DNA of 64,000 nt from Tubulanus polymorphus. Its lineage: Eukaryota; Animalia; Nemertea. The notes below the pieces were generated by a model that searched no databases, was not told the origin of the DNA, and saw only the letters and a list, made by a program, of their open reading frames with translations. Shown in pieces: positions 49,853 to 63,800 of this stretch. How positions within the stretch are numbered: the stretch's first letter is position 1; each line of letters starts with the position of its first letter. The stretch spans positions 11,222,001 through 11,286,000 of the forward strand of contig NC_134025.1 of assembly GCF_964204645.1 (NCBI RefSeq). Reading direction: 5' to 3'. Position numbers and translations under genes: made by a program.

Positions 49853-50799
49853 TCAAAATGCACGCGGCTAAAAGTGACAATTTACGGTCATCATAGGCCA
49901 CGTGAACAATACGTGCGATATTTTGAACATAACTCCTATAGGTTCCTAAGTTGGTAATGGTACCGCCGTTTAAATTCCCGCCAAACGCTTTTCAGACACG
50001 TCAGTAAGTCGTTAGATGGGAATGGTTTGAATTATTGGATTCATTTCGATCGTGTATGCACCAGGCATCGAGGAAAACCATTAACCTTCGTATGCACGCG
50101 CGGTGTTCTCTTTTTTCATCCGTGTCATGCGATTTATGATAAAAAGCCGGCTGATTTATTACATGGATGATACCGACAGACAGCGCCGGAGTTAGGAAAA
50201 TTGTCTAATCTCTTCAGAAATTTAGCGACTTAAATTTCGTCTCGTTACCGACATCGGTCGGTTATTCTCGATCCCTGGTGTAACATCAAATTAAACGTTC
50301 GATCTATCTAATGGATTTCGCTTTCCCATGGTGAGATGGTTCGGAAATGGAGTTGCGCGCTCCCCGGGGAGCGTCGCCTTCACCAAAACCTCACATCGCC
50401 GTACACAATCATCAATAAATTATTAGACGAAAGCAACTATCTGAAAACACTGGAGACTCGTGATAGCATTAGGTTCTTTTTTTCTGCCATATTTTTTCAC
50501 GATAGCCTCTCAAAACTAGTAAACTGTGACAAGCGCGGCAGCAACATTTTCGGAATGAAAGTAAACCAATCTGCAATGGCTGCTCGTAATAATCGAATTC
50601 GCCGATTGCACCCTGATAAAAGCACTTCTGGGCAAAATTTTTGGGTTTTTATATAATGTATATAGTGAATAGGCTCCGGATCATCGGGATCAGATGAAAT
50701 TTTATTCAAAAAGGGATATCACAGATATTAGGCTGTATGATACAACGTCCATGTCCATGGGATGGGCATACACTTATAACACTGATGAAACATTTCATC

Positions 50800-51060
50800 A
50801 ATTCAATTCAATTCAAAGTTGTATTGCTCCTTGTGATATACAAATAAAACATCGGATTGTACAATAAAGATGATAAGGAAAACCAACAACATTAGAGCTA
50901 AACTGCAAAAAATAAACAATATAAAGAAAAATACACAAGAAAAATCATGTTAAAAAGTCAACTCTCTAAAAGTTTCCATGTTATCTAACTATTTGGATCA
51001 TATTTCTTGCAAAAACGTACGCTAATAAGTCAACCATATTCAATTTTACTTTGTTACATC
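50800..51060 (-). mobile_element. retroposon 3' tail ((GAATT)n) with UTR remnant
   Basis: (AATTC)3 followed by TGTATT and A-rich plus-strand sequence; boundary approximate. Confidence 0.45.
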
Positions 51061-52809
51061 ACTCTCGTTTACATTACATCTATAGGCCCATGGCAAAAAT
51101 CCTAGCTATTCGAATATAAGAATGATGAAAGTCGCATTTCAATACTTTATAAACAAAATAGTAACGAAATGAGATTTCAAAACCTTTCTATTCATATTGC
51201 ACCGTCCGTATTAGATGTTTATAATTAATGCCTCGCGTCCTCCTGGCATAAATATGATCACTGAGTAATTCTCTTTGGCGTGGAATAACAGCCTCTCGTG
51301 AGAGTCGGCTGTTTATAAGGGCCAGAGGCCTCTTCGTGGTCTATGATGGCCACGGCACGGGCTAGCGTGACATTTCTTACTCGGTAAATCATATTACTCT
51401 TAATTATTTTGTCTACCGCTGACTAATTACTTTCCATGCTTTCGGAGATCAGATGGACACGACGCCAGCATACGGGAAACGCCATCTGGTTGGTAGATTA
51501 CACATACATGAATCACAACTATGGCCAAAGTGTTTTCGGGGGAAAAAACTAGGATTGATTTTGACACAGCATAGACTAAACATCAGGGTTGTTTGAATGC
51601 ACATTTCTCACACGTAACACAAGAGAGCAAGCAGATACACGTAAAACGATAAATCATGTTTTGATCATCACAACGACGAAAAATGCTCAATATGATTGAT
51701 TTTTAAAGCAAAAACGATCTAGGATTTATCAATATCATTCAGGTCATAAGCTAATGATGTATATGAATAATAGGGAATGGTAGATATGATGCAGATTTGG
51801 GTAAGGTGATTTTTCTGTTCCTTGTGGAATCCAATAATACCATATCCGACGTCTGGCACTCGGTGATCAGCGCACGCCATACTAACTTCCGGTCGGTTCC
51901 CTACCGTAAGCAGAAATGGCCATATGTCCAAGTGACGATCTCGGATAGATTTCTGGACCAAATTAGTTGCAACGCTGCGAGCTACGGATTATTGCCAAAT
52001 ATGGCCGCAGAGGAGGCAAATAGATACGCGAATACACAAGATGCTAAGGATTCTTTCGGTGTTTATTGCACGCTGCGACGACCGTTGATGGGCTGGTGTA
52101 TGATTTCATCGCGATACAGTTGTCCGAGCTCATCAGAAAACCGAACACAAAGCTCCTCATTCGATGATCTCATTAACAGCGACAAAGCAGGCCATCAATA
52201 CTGACGATCATTCCTTTGAAACCGGTTTCGTCGTATCAAAATACCCACTCAGAATGATTACATTTTAAGATAATCACGAATTGCCGAAGTCGTTTAATTT
52301 GACTGATATAGCGCTTATACAAAAACGCCATCTACGCCCATACACTCGGCAACTGGCCTACAACAAAACCGGCCTTTCCGTTGCAGGTACTTAACAAAAC
52401 GTCGTGTTGCACGAATTGTATCGTTTGTTTAACTGGTATAATGAAATTAAGATTTTTTTTCATTTAATCAGGCGATGAAATTGTTATTTTCGGTCTAGTA
52501 TTACGGCCACGACGTCGTCGAGGCATTGTGGTTAACCGTGAATTTTACACAAATCAGATTTCTACTAAAAGCAACCAAATATCGAGTTTTCATTAGGTCC
52601 GTACTGTCGAATTAATTATGAACTCCTGTTTCCGCTTTAATACTCGTCATAATGACGTTTTGTTATTTCAATGCAATAAAAATCACCGCATTGTGATTTA
52701 GCGAGTCTAATTTTTTGAAGGCATGATTGATAATCTTCTGGACAAGTTCTGCGTGATTTTACGTAAATGCTTGTCATTGAATTCTGAAAATTGAAACGTA
52801 GTTAAGTCA

Positions 52810-53118
52810 TCTTCTACATCTAATATTCATATGCCAAACTAATTCTCAAAGTAAGGTAACTGAGATTGAATTCGCCACAATCACTGAAACCCAATCACCA
52901 CAATATGTTATATCGAGTCTCTATATGAAACTTGATAATTTTCATTATATACACCATATACATTTTGAGACTATTATGATTTTAGTAGGCATTATTAATG
53001 ATATAAACATCTAATACTTGATTCTTCTTCTACATCTAATATTCATATGCCAAACTAATTACCAAAGTGTTAAAGGTTACTGGGATTACGTTCACTACAA
53101 TATGTTATATAAAGTCTC
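52810..53118. repeat. local direct duplication (~100 bp, 216-bp offset)
   Basis: TCTTCTACATCTAATATTCATATGCCAAACTAATT identical at 52810 and 53026, continuing with indels to CAATATGTTATAT. Confidence 0.85.
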
Positions 53119-54482
53119 GAATCCAGTGCAATGTTGCGAAGCTTGAGACAAACTCCTATAGTCTAAGTATGTAGCAATCATTTTTTTCGCATGATTGAAA
53201 AACGGTATATCATGCACCTCCTGGTTTACTTGCGTGTGGAAAGAGTGGTATACGTATAAAAAGGAAATAAAAACTCATAAATAACATGAATTCTCATTAA
53301 CGACGCATGAGCAAGTTGCAAAAGATACTGGTGTGAATATTTTGTCCGCAGTAAATAGGATAAGCAGCAGGATCGAGTAGTTTGTCTTAGTGGCGTTATC
53401 GAATACCCATTGTAAGTCCGTCTCTCTCGAACGCCGTAATGCAATAAGTTCTCCGAAGCGTACTGGGGATTAGATTAAACTATACTTATATACAAGTCCG
53501 AACATTTACTGATATTACAGCCTCTTGAGCCGAGTTAATCAACCCGTTAGGACGCTATTAATTATTTAGCCGAGACGGTGCAGGCTGGTTGTATCATGGA
53601 TAAAGACCCTCCGTCTAATGATTGTCAGGCCATAAACACACGAGAGATCAGCCATGCATTATTCACAACGAAACCCGACCAAGTAACTAATTAGTTTAAG
53701 GTCGGTTATTTATCTGGCGGATGTGTACAATTATTGGTCCTGATGAGCCTGATTGACTCGGTGGTGACGCCGTGGCGTTTACACCGTCTCTGGAGGAACC
53801 GAATCAGTCGGTATTCAATGCACGCCGACCGACTGTAAGCAACGGTTTGGCGGAGTGGTTCGATGTCAACACAATGGAAAATAATGGACAACTAATATAG
53901 TTCTCGGCTGGTAAATGGGATTTGCTCTCTAGGTTTAAATTCGATGATGAGTTCCATGATGGTTTAACGATAACTGGAACAGAGGCGGACGCGCAAAGTA
54001 CATTATTTCCATCTGATATGCACGATAGAACATAGAGAACTGACCGCCTATAATATGTTTGTAAAATGAATTTTTCAATCCGATTATTACATGCAAGTCA
54101 CCTGAGGCTGCTTATATAAGGTACACATGCGCAAAAAGACACTAACGTCATCGAGCGTCAGCAGGGTAATGCAATGACGTCACACGAATCGTTCACATGA
54201 CGTGTCATACTGGACGTCCGATGGCAGTCGACTGGTGACTTACTTTATACAGTTAACTGTTCGCACTTGACGTCCGACGGATATGACGCTCTTTGACGTC
54301 ATGCTCATAAACTATATATCGCGTTCTCGGTGAAAATCGAAAAGAATATTGATGTCACATCGATGCTGAGATTAGTGGTTACTTTCGATGATATACCTTA
54401 TAATTAGAATTAAACTAACGTAGCACTTATCTAAATAAGTTACACGTTGTTGTGGGTGTTTCTTGTTATAAAACATTTTTTT

Positions 54483-54720
54483 ATCTTGATAAAAGGGTTG
54501 ACCCTGTTATCTATTTTGATTTGTAGATTTGGTTTGTTTTGATTCGGTGTCCCTTACAAACCCGCCACATCTGCCGCAAGCGAAACAGGGGGTTTGATTT
54601 TGAAATCGGAATCGAAATACAGCTATACTCTAGTGAGATCGGCGGTCGAATTTGCAGAATTTTTTGTCCAAATCGAAGTACATAATTGGAAATTTCGGTT
54701 ACCGTTCATGAAAACAACCA
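54483..54720 (+). repeat. dispersed repeat family A, copy 3
   Basis: ATCTTGATAAAAGGGTTGACCCTGTTATC...GGTGTCCCTTACAAACCCGCCACATCTGCC...ATCGGCGGTCGAATTT...AAATCGAAGTACAT. Confidence 0.9.
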
Positions 54721-56659
54721 CAGGGTCCACCCAATTCCCAAAAACTCATTAACTCTGTAATCGATTTCATTTCTTCATCAATTCAGTTTTTCTTGAATCG
54801 ATTTAGAAGCAAATCATTTTTTGTAAACTGGACCCTGAGCCAGAATATCTACCTATATTCATAGTTTAATAAACCAAAGTTTACATCGCGATATGTGACT
54901 GATTGACAATTATTAACCTAATCGTCGCTCGAATTCGCCGCCATGCTCTATCTATACAAATAAGGCATGAAATATGCTAAAACAGATCTCGAAAAAACAT
55001 CCCAATAGCTAGTACGATCTAACGACATATCATTCCCCAGTCAGATAGAGCACGATTCGACTGGTGAGATGCGAAAAAAGTGCCGGCTGCATAGCAGTTG
55101 TTACTAGTTCGCGTATCAGTTCCTAGCCAGTCATCTCGGTGTATTATCTGCCTCATTGTTATTCTACTGCTATTCAATTAAACCTCGTAATCTGTATCCA
55201 AATACACCGGTCTTAATTGCACAGGAGGAGCCTCGCACCATCTGCGACGGTTGATTAGCATCCGACCATTCTCCCGGGCTCGCCGTGTCCCATTTTCATT
55301 CCTTTATGATAAATACTATCTCGAGCTGCAAGCCAGTCTAAAGGAGATTAACAGAAATACGATATTGTCGCAAATTTCGTTACCGTTATCCCGTATTTTA
55401 AACTATCCCGTGTTCGCTTCGTTTTATCTGATATATAATATTCTATTTTATCTTCTGTACACGCAAGAACCCCCATTAACACTGTTACTGTCGCCTGGAG
55501 CGTCTCTCCCTCTCTCGCTCTGCAAACGTTAGTTATCTAGCAGCCTGAGAAAGTCACGCGTATTCAGATGACAAAATTTGCTTGTCATCTGATGAATTGC
55601 TACATCTAATAACGTTCGTGTTCCTTCGTGATTTGATTATATTGTACCTTTATACTTTAATTTCGCCAAACTGCGCTCGACGGTTTAATAACCGCACTCG
55701 CCATGTGTGTAAACCTGTCCCTTGTGATTTCGCAGCAAAAATCTGCCGCTGCAATATCTGCATCGGTTTCTGGCGATCTTTTTTTCTAACGGTCGGATAT
55801 GCGCGCGCAAGAGATGAACAATTTCCATTCATCCTCGGGGCTTTTATTTCGAAGATTAACTTTCGAACTCGAAATGGGATTAGAAAATGCTGGCAGTTGA
55901 ATTTTATGTGCCAATAGGCTTAAAGTTAGTAGTTTATCGCGTTTTAAATCTCTACGGCCTCGTGGCAAACTGAGGCGAAATTCTTGTAAATATACCAACG
56001 AATGGGAATACGCCAATTGCAAAATCAATACTTGATAGTTTGATATAGATATTGAAAACTCCGCCGGTTGGAAAAAATTCGATATGTTGTTTTCATATCT
56101 GCTCAAAGTCCCAATGAAATGAACGCTTTCTGAGGATTAAGTGCTTCGTGGTGGAAATTGTCTATATTTCGAATGGATTTTTCCTTCTCTTCGAAAAAAG
56201 ATAACCGTGTATATTCCTGGCCTCAAATCATCAATAACTTTATAAATGAATAACCTTAGTACTAACAAAATCAGCATATCATCATTCTGGGAATGATCAC
56301 GCATGTAGCGTATGCAAATGGATACTGAATCTGACAGCGAATGCTTGAACTGTTCTTTACCGTATCTTTTTGGGCAACGACGTTTATCATTGGCGATTCA
56401 CCATGTTTAATTTGGTCAGTGTGGTACTATGTTTGTGAAATGGATTTCTTCGCTTCCTGTCTCGAATGCAACTCATCGCCCAGGGAGTTGAACACGTCCA
56501 CCATCAACCATGCAATTACTGACAAATAATGGAATCTCCCTACGCAAGTGTAAGATGCTTATCTGTATGCATTTGCGCGTCTCGAAAGCAATTCCTTACA
56601 AATAACCCAATATTGACTTAAAGCAAAGGTCGGGGCCGGCAGCGAGAAGGAAAAGTGGT

Positions 56660-56960
56660 TAAATGAGATCATTGAAATCAGGCAGAATCAGATGGCCTAT
56701 CGTGTTATTGACCAAAGAAGAGAGAGTTTTGTTTGGTGCAATATTTCTTGCCGCTGATGAGTCCGGATAAATTGCTATTCGATGACGGTGATGGCAGCTC
56801 TTGGTTCCGTAATATACTATTATAGACTGCAACAGTAACACAATCACTGTCAGTCATTACAAGTAGTAATGACGGGCTAACAGAGACTTTGAACCACTTA
56901 CTGAGTGATCTGACAAGACGAAAAGCTTCATTTAAATGGTTAGATGTCATCGCAGCAACG
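56660..56960 (-). mobile_element. degenerate LINE APE-endonuclease fragment
   Basis: IAIYPDSS...HLILPDFN resembles the IYRxP...ILGDFN motifs of CR1/L2-type endonucleases. Confidence 0.35.
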
Positions 56961-58069
56961 AGATAAGCAATTTTCAAGCGAGATGTTAGCGATTCCACGG
57001 GCATTGTGTAGCGTGTCCTACAGATAATTACAAAAATTGAATTACGACACAACACCTGCGACCCCTAGGCGAACGAATCTACACACTTTTTGCCGAATCG
57101 TAGATATTTTGGGTCCAGTTTCGCAGTTTTAGGTTGTGGTATGACTTTCTATCAATTATCATACTGACAGTGAATTAGATTTAGCTGGATTCATCCAACA
57201 ACATAGTAACAATCCTCGATGACTTATATGTGGTAATTTTCAGGGCAGCTTCAACAACTATTTTCCACATAGGGCAATCTTGCACCGTTTATGACATTAC
57301 GCTTTATTTTTCAATGATGTCACTTATTTTTAGCCAACCTCTGAATCAAATGATCATGATGTTGACGTTATGGTGATATTTACGATATTCGGGCCTTATA
57401 CACCAATTCTTGATCAGTGAATACGAATAGCCTCAAAATCAAATACATATGACAGATAAAGTGTTGAATAAAGCAATGTGCGGAAGACTATCAATGTGCC
57501 CCGTAAATGACGAATGGCGTTTTTCTTTATGCGTTATTTCATTTACTCGGTTCATCATTTCCCCTGAAAGGACTGCAAATCACCATTTTCGCGAAAATAA
57601 AAACTTTATTTACAGCGAGTAAAATAAGTTAGCGTAATGTAATCGACACGAGATTGGGACACAGTCATCGGAACACTGATATATCGAGCAGTGCACAATA
57701 AGCCCTCGTATGAACGGTACAGTGGCAGATTTAGGGATGCTTGAGAACGGGTAATTGACAATTGGCAAAGTCATCGGGTCGTTCCGAAACTCTCGTAGCC
57801 AACATCAAATTATGCTGACGTTCAAGCCTACTGTTATCGTGCTCTAATCGTTTGGTGACGAATATGAATGCCGAAGAAGTTCCGTTCCTAATTTTGAGAC
57901 AAGTAGTTCTGTCCTAGTTCCCAACAACCTATCGTTTTAGAGTGCATGATTTGTTCATTGACTCTGAAACAAATTCGTTTGGGCCAAGTGTAGAATCCGG
58001 TTAAGTTTTTCCAGGACGAATCACATATCTATATTCATCCGCACTACAGATACCGCGATATGCGCAGCT

Positions 58070-58810
58070 GACTGGTTAACTGGTTCACTGGTTGACCTGA
58101 CGACTGGGTGACTGGATGACTGGGTGACTGGGTGAAAAAGACTCGATGAGTTGATGACTGGGCGACAGGATGACTGGACGACTGGGTGATTGGATAAATG
58201 GACGACTGGTTCACTAGATGGTGATGGTGGACATATGATATGATGATATGATTTATTTTCAAGTAAAATTTTTACAAATTCAATGAATAAGAAAATACCT
58301 TAAAAATGTAATAACATGAAATGAAGGACTGCTTTGAAGCAACAGTTAGCTTATACAAGAAAGCAGCCCTGAGAGATGGTGAGGGGGGTGATGATGGGGA
58401 TGATGACGGATTATCGGGATGGTGATGATGGTGATGAAATTGATAGTTATGAGGATGGAGATGGTAGCGATGGTGCGTGGGGATGTAGCCAGGATAGAAA
58501 TAATATTTACGATGTAGGAGATTGTGATGGCGGTGGTAATACTGGAGAATCTGATGCTGGAGAGGATAATGGTGACGATGCTGGTGATTGTGATTTTGGT
58601 GATGAAGGGGCAGATGGTGGAGACGGTGGTGATGATGGTAGTGATGCTGGAGAAGGTAATGGTGGTAATGGTGGAGATGTTAGCGATAATGGTGATGTTG
58701 GTGATGGGGATGCTAATGGTCAACCATTCGACCAGTCATCAAGGCGCTCGGTCATCTAGTCATCCAGTCGACCAGCCGGCCAGTCGTCCAGTCATCCAGT
58801 CGCCCAGCAT
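58070..58810. repeat. foldback-like structure: inverted arrays of 8-bp GACTGG(G/A)(T/C) units flanking (GGTGAT/GAT)n low-complexity DNA
   Basis: Left array 58070-58218, right array 58719-58810 in reverse complement (left ATGACTGGGCGACAGGATGACTGGACGACTGG vs rc of right ATGCTGGGCGACTGGATGACTGGACGACTGG). Confidence 0.75.
58233..58372 (-). mobile_element. LINE 3' terminus (stem-loop + poly(A) signal + microsatellite tail)
   Basis: Minus strand AGGGCTGCTTT-CTTGTATAAGC...GCTTC-AAAGCAGTCCT stem-loop (58370-58325), AATAAA (58257-58252), (ATCAT)n tail. Resembles CR1/L2-group 3' ends. Confidence 0.6.
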
Positions 58811-60752
58811 AACCCTGTTTTGTACACATGGACCATTCGTCTTGGAGTTCAGGTTTCGTCCAATATTTCCGAATCGTTGTGCTATTTGATCATTTACGGA
58901 ACTGTTGGTCATTGCGATTATGGACGGTATGCATATTCTAAGAAATGAACCCCAGCCCCTTTTTAACGTGATAAATCCGGGGAAGTATATACACCAATTT
59001 CATTTGGAAAGAATGCCATCAAACATTCTATTTTTGAATGCCTGGCAAGTTCTGTGCCCGACATCGAACGATTACTTCTTTTCCAAAGTATCTATTCACT
59101 CAACGGTTAAACGTTAAGAATGGATACGCGACTCGAGAAAAAAACGAGACTATCAAGGCGCATAAGAAGCATTGACCCAGATCGAGCCAAAAGGAAGCCC
59201 CTCCTCTGCAATTAGCAGTAGCACGGCCCCGAGGCGACCGGCCGACTCCACCTTCTCAATTATACCCGGCTTCTTATGTCACCTTCAGGCACGTCCAAGC
59301 GGAACTGATAGTCTCCGTGTTAACAAAGCCCAAACAATAGCGTTCGTACTAGATCACTTAGATTCGAGATTTACGCCATTGACAGCTGAATAGAAACACA
59401 CCAGTCAGGGACTGAGCGCCTCAGGTGTAGAATCATAGGAAATCATAGTGTTGCGGTCGGTCATAACGAAAATTCACCGGCGAAAAAAATACGTGTTTGT
59501 GCTCAAATGTCAGTGGACTCATTGAATATGTCATTCACATACTCTGCTTGCTTTCAGTGTAACGAATCCTTAAGGGTTTTCTTATCGGGTAATCATGTTT
59601 TCTTCCGTTACGAGCACGACATGTATGAAAAGAAATAAATTACTGTTATTGTGCCAAGAAAGGCCCTCATATGAAACCGTAATCCCCAGATGCGATCATA
59701 TGTCGCACACCTTCTAGATAATTTCACGGACAGCGTGCTATTCATCTTTTGTGCTGATAGCGACGATTTCTGGTAAAAATATTCAATACTTCTCTCTACC
59801 GAGTTGTCTCAGTGGATTTGGTAATCTCACGGTGTAACCATTAGTTCGTTCGGTCTCATTCGGTTGCTGTGAGCTCTACCGCTATCCAGTGCGTCCCCGC
59901 GAGGGATTAGGTTGTGTTTTTCGACGAGATATGTGGCCTATCCGAAGAAAAAAAACAGTTGCGTCAACTTATAGAACGCGAAACGAGCTAGGTGACTCGA
60001 AACAAATAACGAGATATAACGCTATCACCTGACACTGGTTTTGAATTGCGCATTGTTATTTAAAAATGTCAATCTTAACATACCCTAACACCGATAGATA
60101 TGTAAATAACTTGTTAAAGCTTAAAACTGGCTGTATTTTCCGACTAGTTTCAAAATGAACTAAAAGATACGATTAAAATCCAAAAGGTATTTACCCCATC
60201 TCAATACCCACAAAGTCCGATATGTATGCAAAAATCGTAGCTGAGTTTTGAATTTGTACTGGGAATAACTCTAAACCATCGAAATGACGAAAGGCTTATT
60301 ATTGAATTCAGGTACATGAGGTATAACAGAGAAAAGATGGGTGCTCTAGAATAGACGGGTGTGCTCTTACATTCGCACTTATTAACCTCGCTGCATCAGC
60401 ATACTCTGCATCTTTCATAACAAGAGTATATAATTGTTTTGTTAATTGGAATCTGGGCAACATTGTCTTACGATGTAGATTGGATTACTCGTTATCCTAG
60501 CGCATGTTGATGTTATTCGATGAACAACCAAAGTTTGTTGTTTCGGCCCTTGTCGACGATTATCTTGTTGATAAAGCTGAAAAAGACATGTGGCTATTAT
60601 ACACTACGACGTATGAATATAGAGGCACGTTAAAAAGGAGATTTTTTTTCAGGACGAAGCCGTAACAATAGAAATACATGTAGATGTCATGGAAAATGAA
60701 CGAAAGAATGTTTATAACATCGATGTAGAAAAAAAATGAACGCTGATCACAC

Positions 60753-60895
60753 ATCTGTACTTCTATTTCCGATTCAAAATCAAACTTTCTGTTTCGCTCC
60801 CGGCAGGTGTGGTAAGGGATTGTAAGGGACACAAAATCAAAAAAAAAGAATAAAGAAAATCTACCAATCAAATAAATAACAGGGTCAATCCCTAT
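60753..60895 (-). repeat. dispersed repeat family A, copy 4 (truncated)
   Basis: Plus-strand GGCAGGTGTGGTAAGGGATTGTAAGGGACAC...AAATAAATAACAGGGTCAATCCCTAT is the reverse complement of copy 1. Confidence 0.88.
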
Positions 60896-63800
60896 GAAGC
60901 GATGTGAGTTCAAAACTACCCCATTAAGGTCAGACACCCCGATGTCTCCAATGAAGTCTTGAAAAAAGAAAAGCTGCATTTTGAACACTCAACACATGAA
61001 AAAAGGTGACGAGCAATTGGTAAGACCTGTTAACCAGGGCGAGCTTTTAGGCAACAATTGACTAAAGCGGTTGTCTGCAATTGTGATTGAGTTTCTGCGA
61101 TTTCAGTCAGAATTTGAACTTCGGATTTGTATGGAACCATGGTTTTATACATATATAGACCGCATTATATAAATGCGCGCACAATGATATTTGACGGTGG
61201 TGCAATCTTGAACTTCCTTCCGAAGACAGACAGACACATCTTCGGCGTTGTTGATATAGAAAGTTCACTAAACACGCTATATTACACGGGTATTATCGAT
61301 ATATTTGTCTAGTTATGCCGTCTTGCTTTCTATTATGGCAATTTTGACTATAGACACGTCAATCATCCGGTTTGTCGAAATTAACGATTTCACCCGGGAT
61401 ATATTTGTATTCCCTCCTCGTATATTGAGAGAACCCTTGTCGACGACAAACACCGCTGCAATAATCACCGCGAGACCATATTTGCGATGCTTTATTGATT
61501 GCTTTCGAATTCGCAGTAACTTAATTGACTGGGAATTCGAAATTAAAATTCGTGGCATTATCTTAAATGCTTGTCCAAGGTAAACAACGGTTACGGTGTA
61601 CATTTCGCTCATATTATATAGGGAAATTGTTTCCGTGACCCGGCCTAGTCTGGTTCTCAATGGCTTACGAATCCAGGGCTACCTAAAATGCCCTGAACCT
61701 GTATATAATAAATGAGAGTCTTTGGGTTAATGGTAGAAGAGTGGAAAAATTGCTTTTCGACGTTTCGCTCGTCTGAGACAGTTTACCTTCTGCTGCTGGT
61801 ATGCGACTGAATTTTCAACGATGATCGTTAAACAACAATGGGAAGAATTCACAACAAACAAAAACAAGAGCTGGGGAATAACAATAAATACAATACGGTC
61901 TTTTTCTAGAGAGAGAGAGAGGGGGGGTGAGAGAGAGCTAGGGGAAGCTAAGAATAATTAGATCGGAACTTTGATTAATAAAAATCCCACGAGAGGAAAG
62001 CAAAGGCAGTCTTCATTACATTTCTGTTATCGTATACATCAACTAGAATTTCGGGGCCGTGCTTCACGTCATCGCTTTTGAAAACAAGGCACAAAAGATG
62101 TCCACTTGTTCGAATCTGAAATCACTGCTTCAATTCAAGATTTCAACGTCTTACATTTTGTACAAGTCATGTGTGTTATTTGCTGCTTTATTTTTGGCCT
62201 CGGTCTCGCTAAGGTCAGCGGTGGCCTCGCGTTAACTCAGCGTCATTCGGGTCACTTCTGAATCGAAGATGGCAAACATCTCATTAATTCGTTTATTGAA
62301 TTCCGATATCAACCCCAGGTATCATGCGGTTTAATTGACCCGCTTCGGTCACAAACGGTAAATCGAAACGGCTCGTCGTCCGGAAATTGTGCAATCAAAA
62401 TGTTTTAATTCGTTACAATTACGACGTGACATAATGTTTTAGCATTGTCAACGAAGGAACCACCGAAAGTCCCATCACGTATAAGGTCGAATGAAAAGAC
62501 GTTCACTACTATGCCAGCACTTTGTTCTCGTGCATAAAGGATTTACAGACCCCCCTAACGAGGGTTCCTAAAATATAACCGATTTTGAAACCAAATATGA
62601 TGCAATTAACACGTTTTCGGGTACACGAATTCATTGGAAACGTGACAATTAATGGGTGTAATCCGTCCGAAAATATCTTTCGATATCTAAATAATGATGT
62701 CTTTTTAATAAGACGCCGATGAAAAGGCTCTTTTGCTTGTCGACTTTTCACAGAGTCTGGCTTCACATCCTTTCTCCATTCGAACAACAGGGGTGTCATT
62801 ATCCCCCGCTTCGCATTGCTACTCGACTACGAGCGTGAAATTATTTGACAGATTTCGCCTCGCGGCTATTAGTTCGACAAATAGACCGATATGTTACTCG
62901 CGTCCTAGTCAAAATCGGAAATTTGTCTTTTCAACGCAGCTAAACAAGCAGCAACATACTAAACTGCGGCCGGCGCGGATCGGCAAACGTGACCGGTGCA
63001 AGAATGCTGGCTATAACAATACATCGCAGTTTATATAGGCCCAGAATCTGATTGCGTCCGCGAAGAACAAACACATCTTTTCGTTTAATAGAAATTCGAC
63101 TGAAGAATAGTTTCGAGTTTCCAAATGGTCGGGGAGGAGCAAATGGAATGGTGGAAATTTGCACTAAAAGCACAATGTCTTATTCATGGCAAATTGGCCG
63201 GTGCGTATTATGGAAGGAACGGTCGTTGTAAACATTACAATATTTGCCAAAGAGCAGTAAAGTTCCTATTTCCCCGCCTTTTATACAGAACGGTGATATA
63301 TTCCCCGTGACCCGGTCTTCGCCGTGAATGCGACGCCATGATTAGGAGCAATTTTCACATCGCAATCAAACGCTAGGCAAGGCGCTTTCCAACTGGTAAA
63401 TCCTTTTAGGTCAGCGTCCAGCTGCGACTCCTTGCGTCGGCGGTGGGATCATGACGCAGCGATGTGTCAGCGGGATAAATACCGTAAGCTTCGGGGGTTC
63501 ACTTGCGATTCGGAATTGAGAGTGGCAGATATTGCAAATGTTGCCGTAATTTGACCTCCTACATTTATATGATGCTCAATTTTCCAGCGCGTATGATCTA
63601 ATCATAACAGCACGCGATATTATCGGATATTATGGAATCGTAATCGAAATCCCGCCTTGTTCGTTGGTGTCCCGAAATATATACCGAATATGAGATTCTT
63701 ATCCGCCGTGTTCTTGTGGTATCGGTTGTTTTGTTTACATTAGTGGGATACCACTGCGGGATACGTGTTTTTGCAATGAATCCAGTTTCGAATCCAAATT

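Noticed and set aside
58346-58889. Gly/Asp-, Met/Val- and Ile/Thr-rich ORFs
   Set aside because: Low-complexity (GGTGAT)n DNA open in several frames; no splice or homology support.
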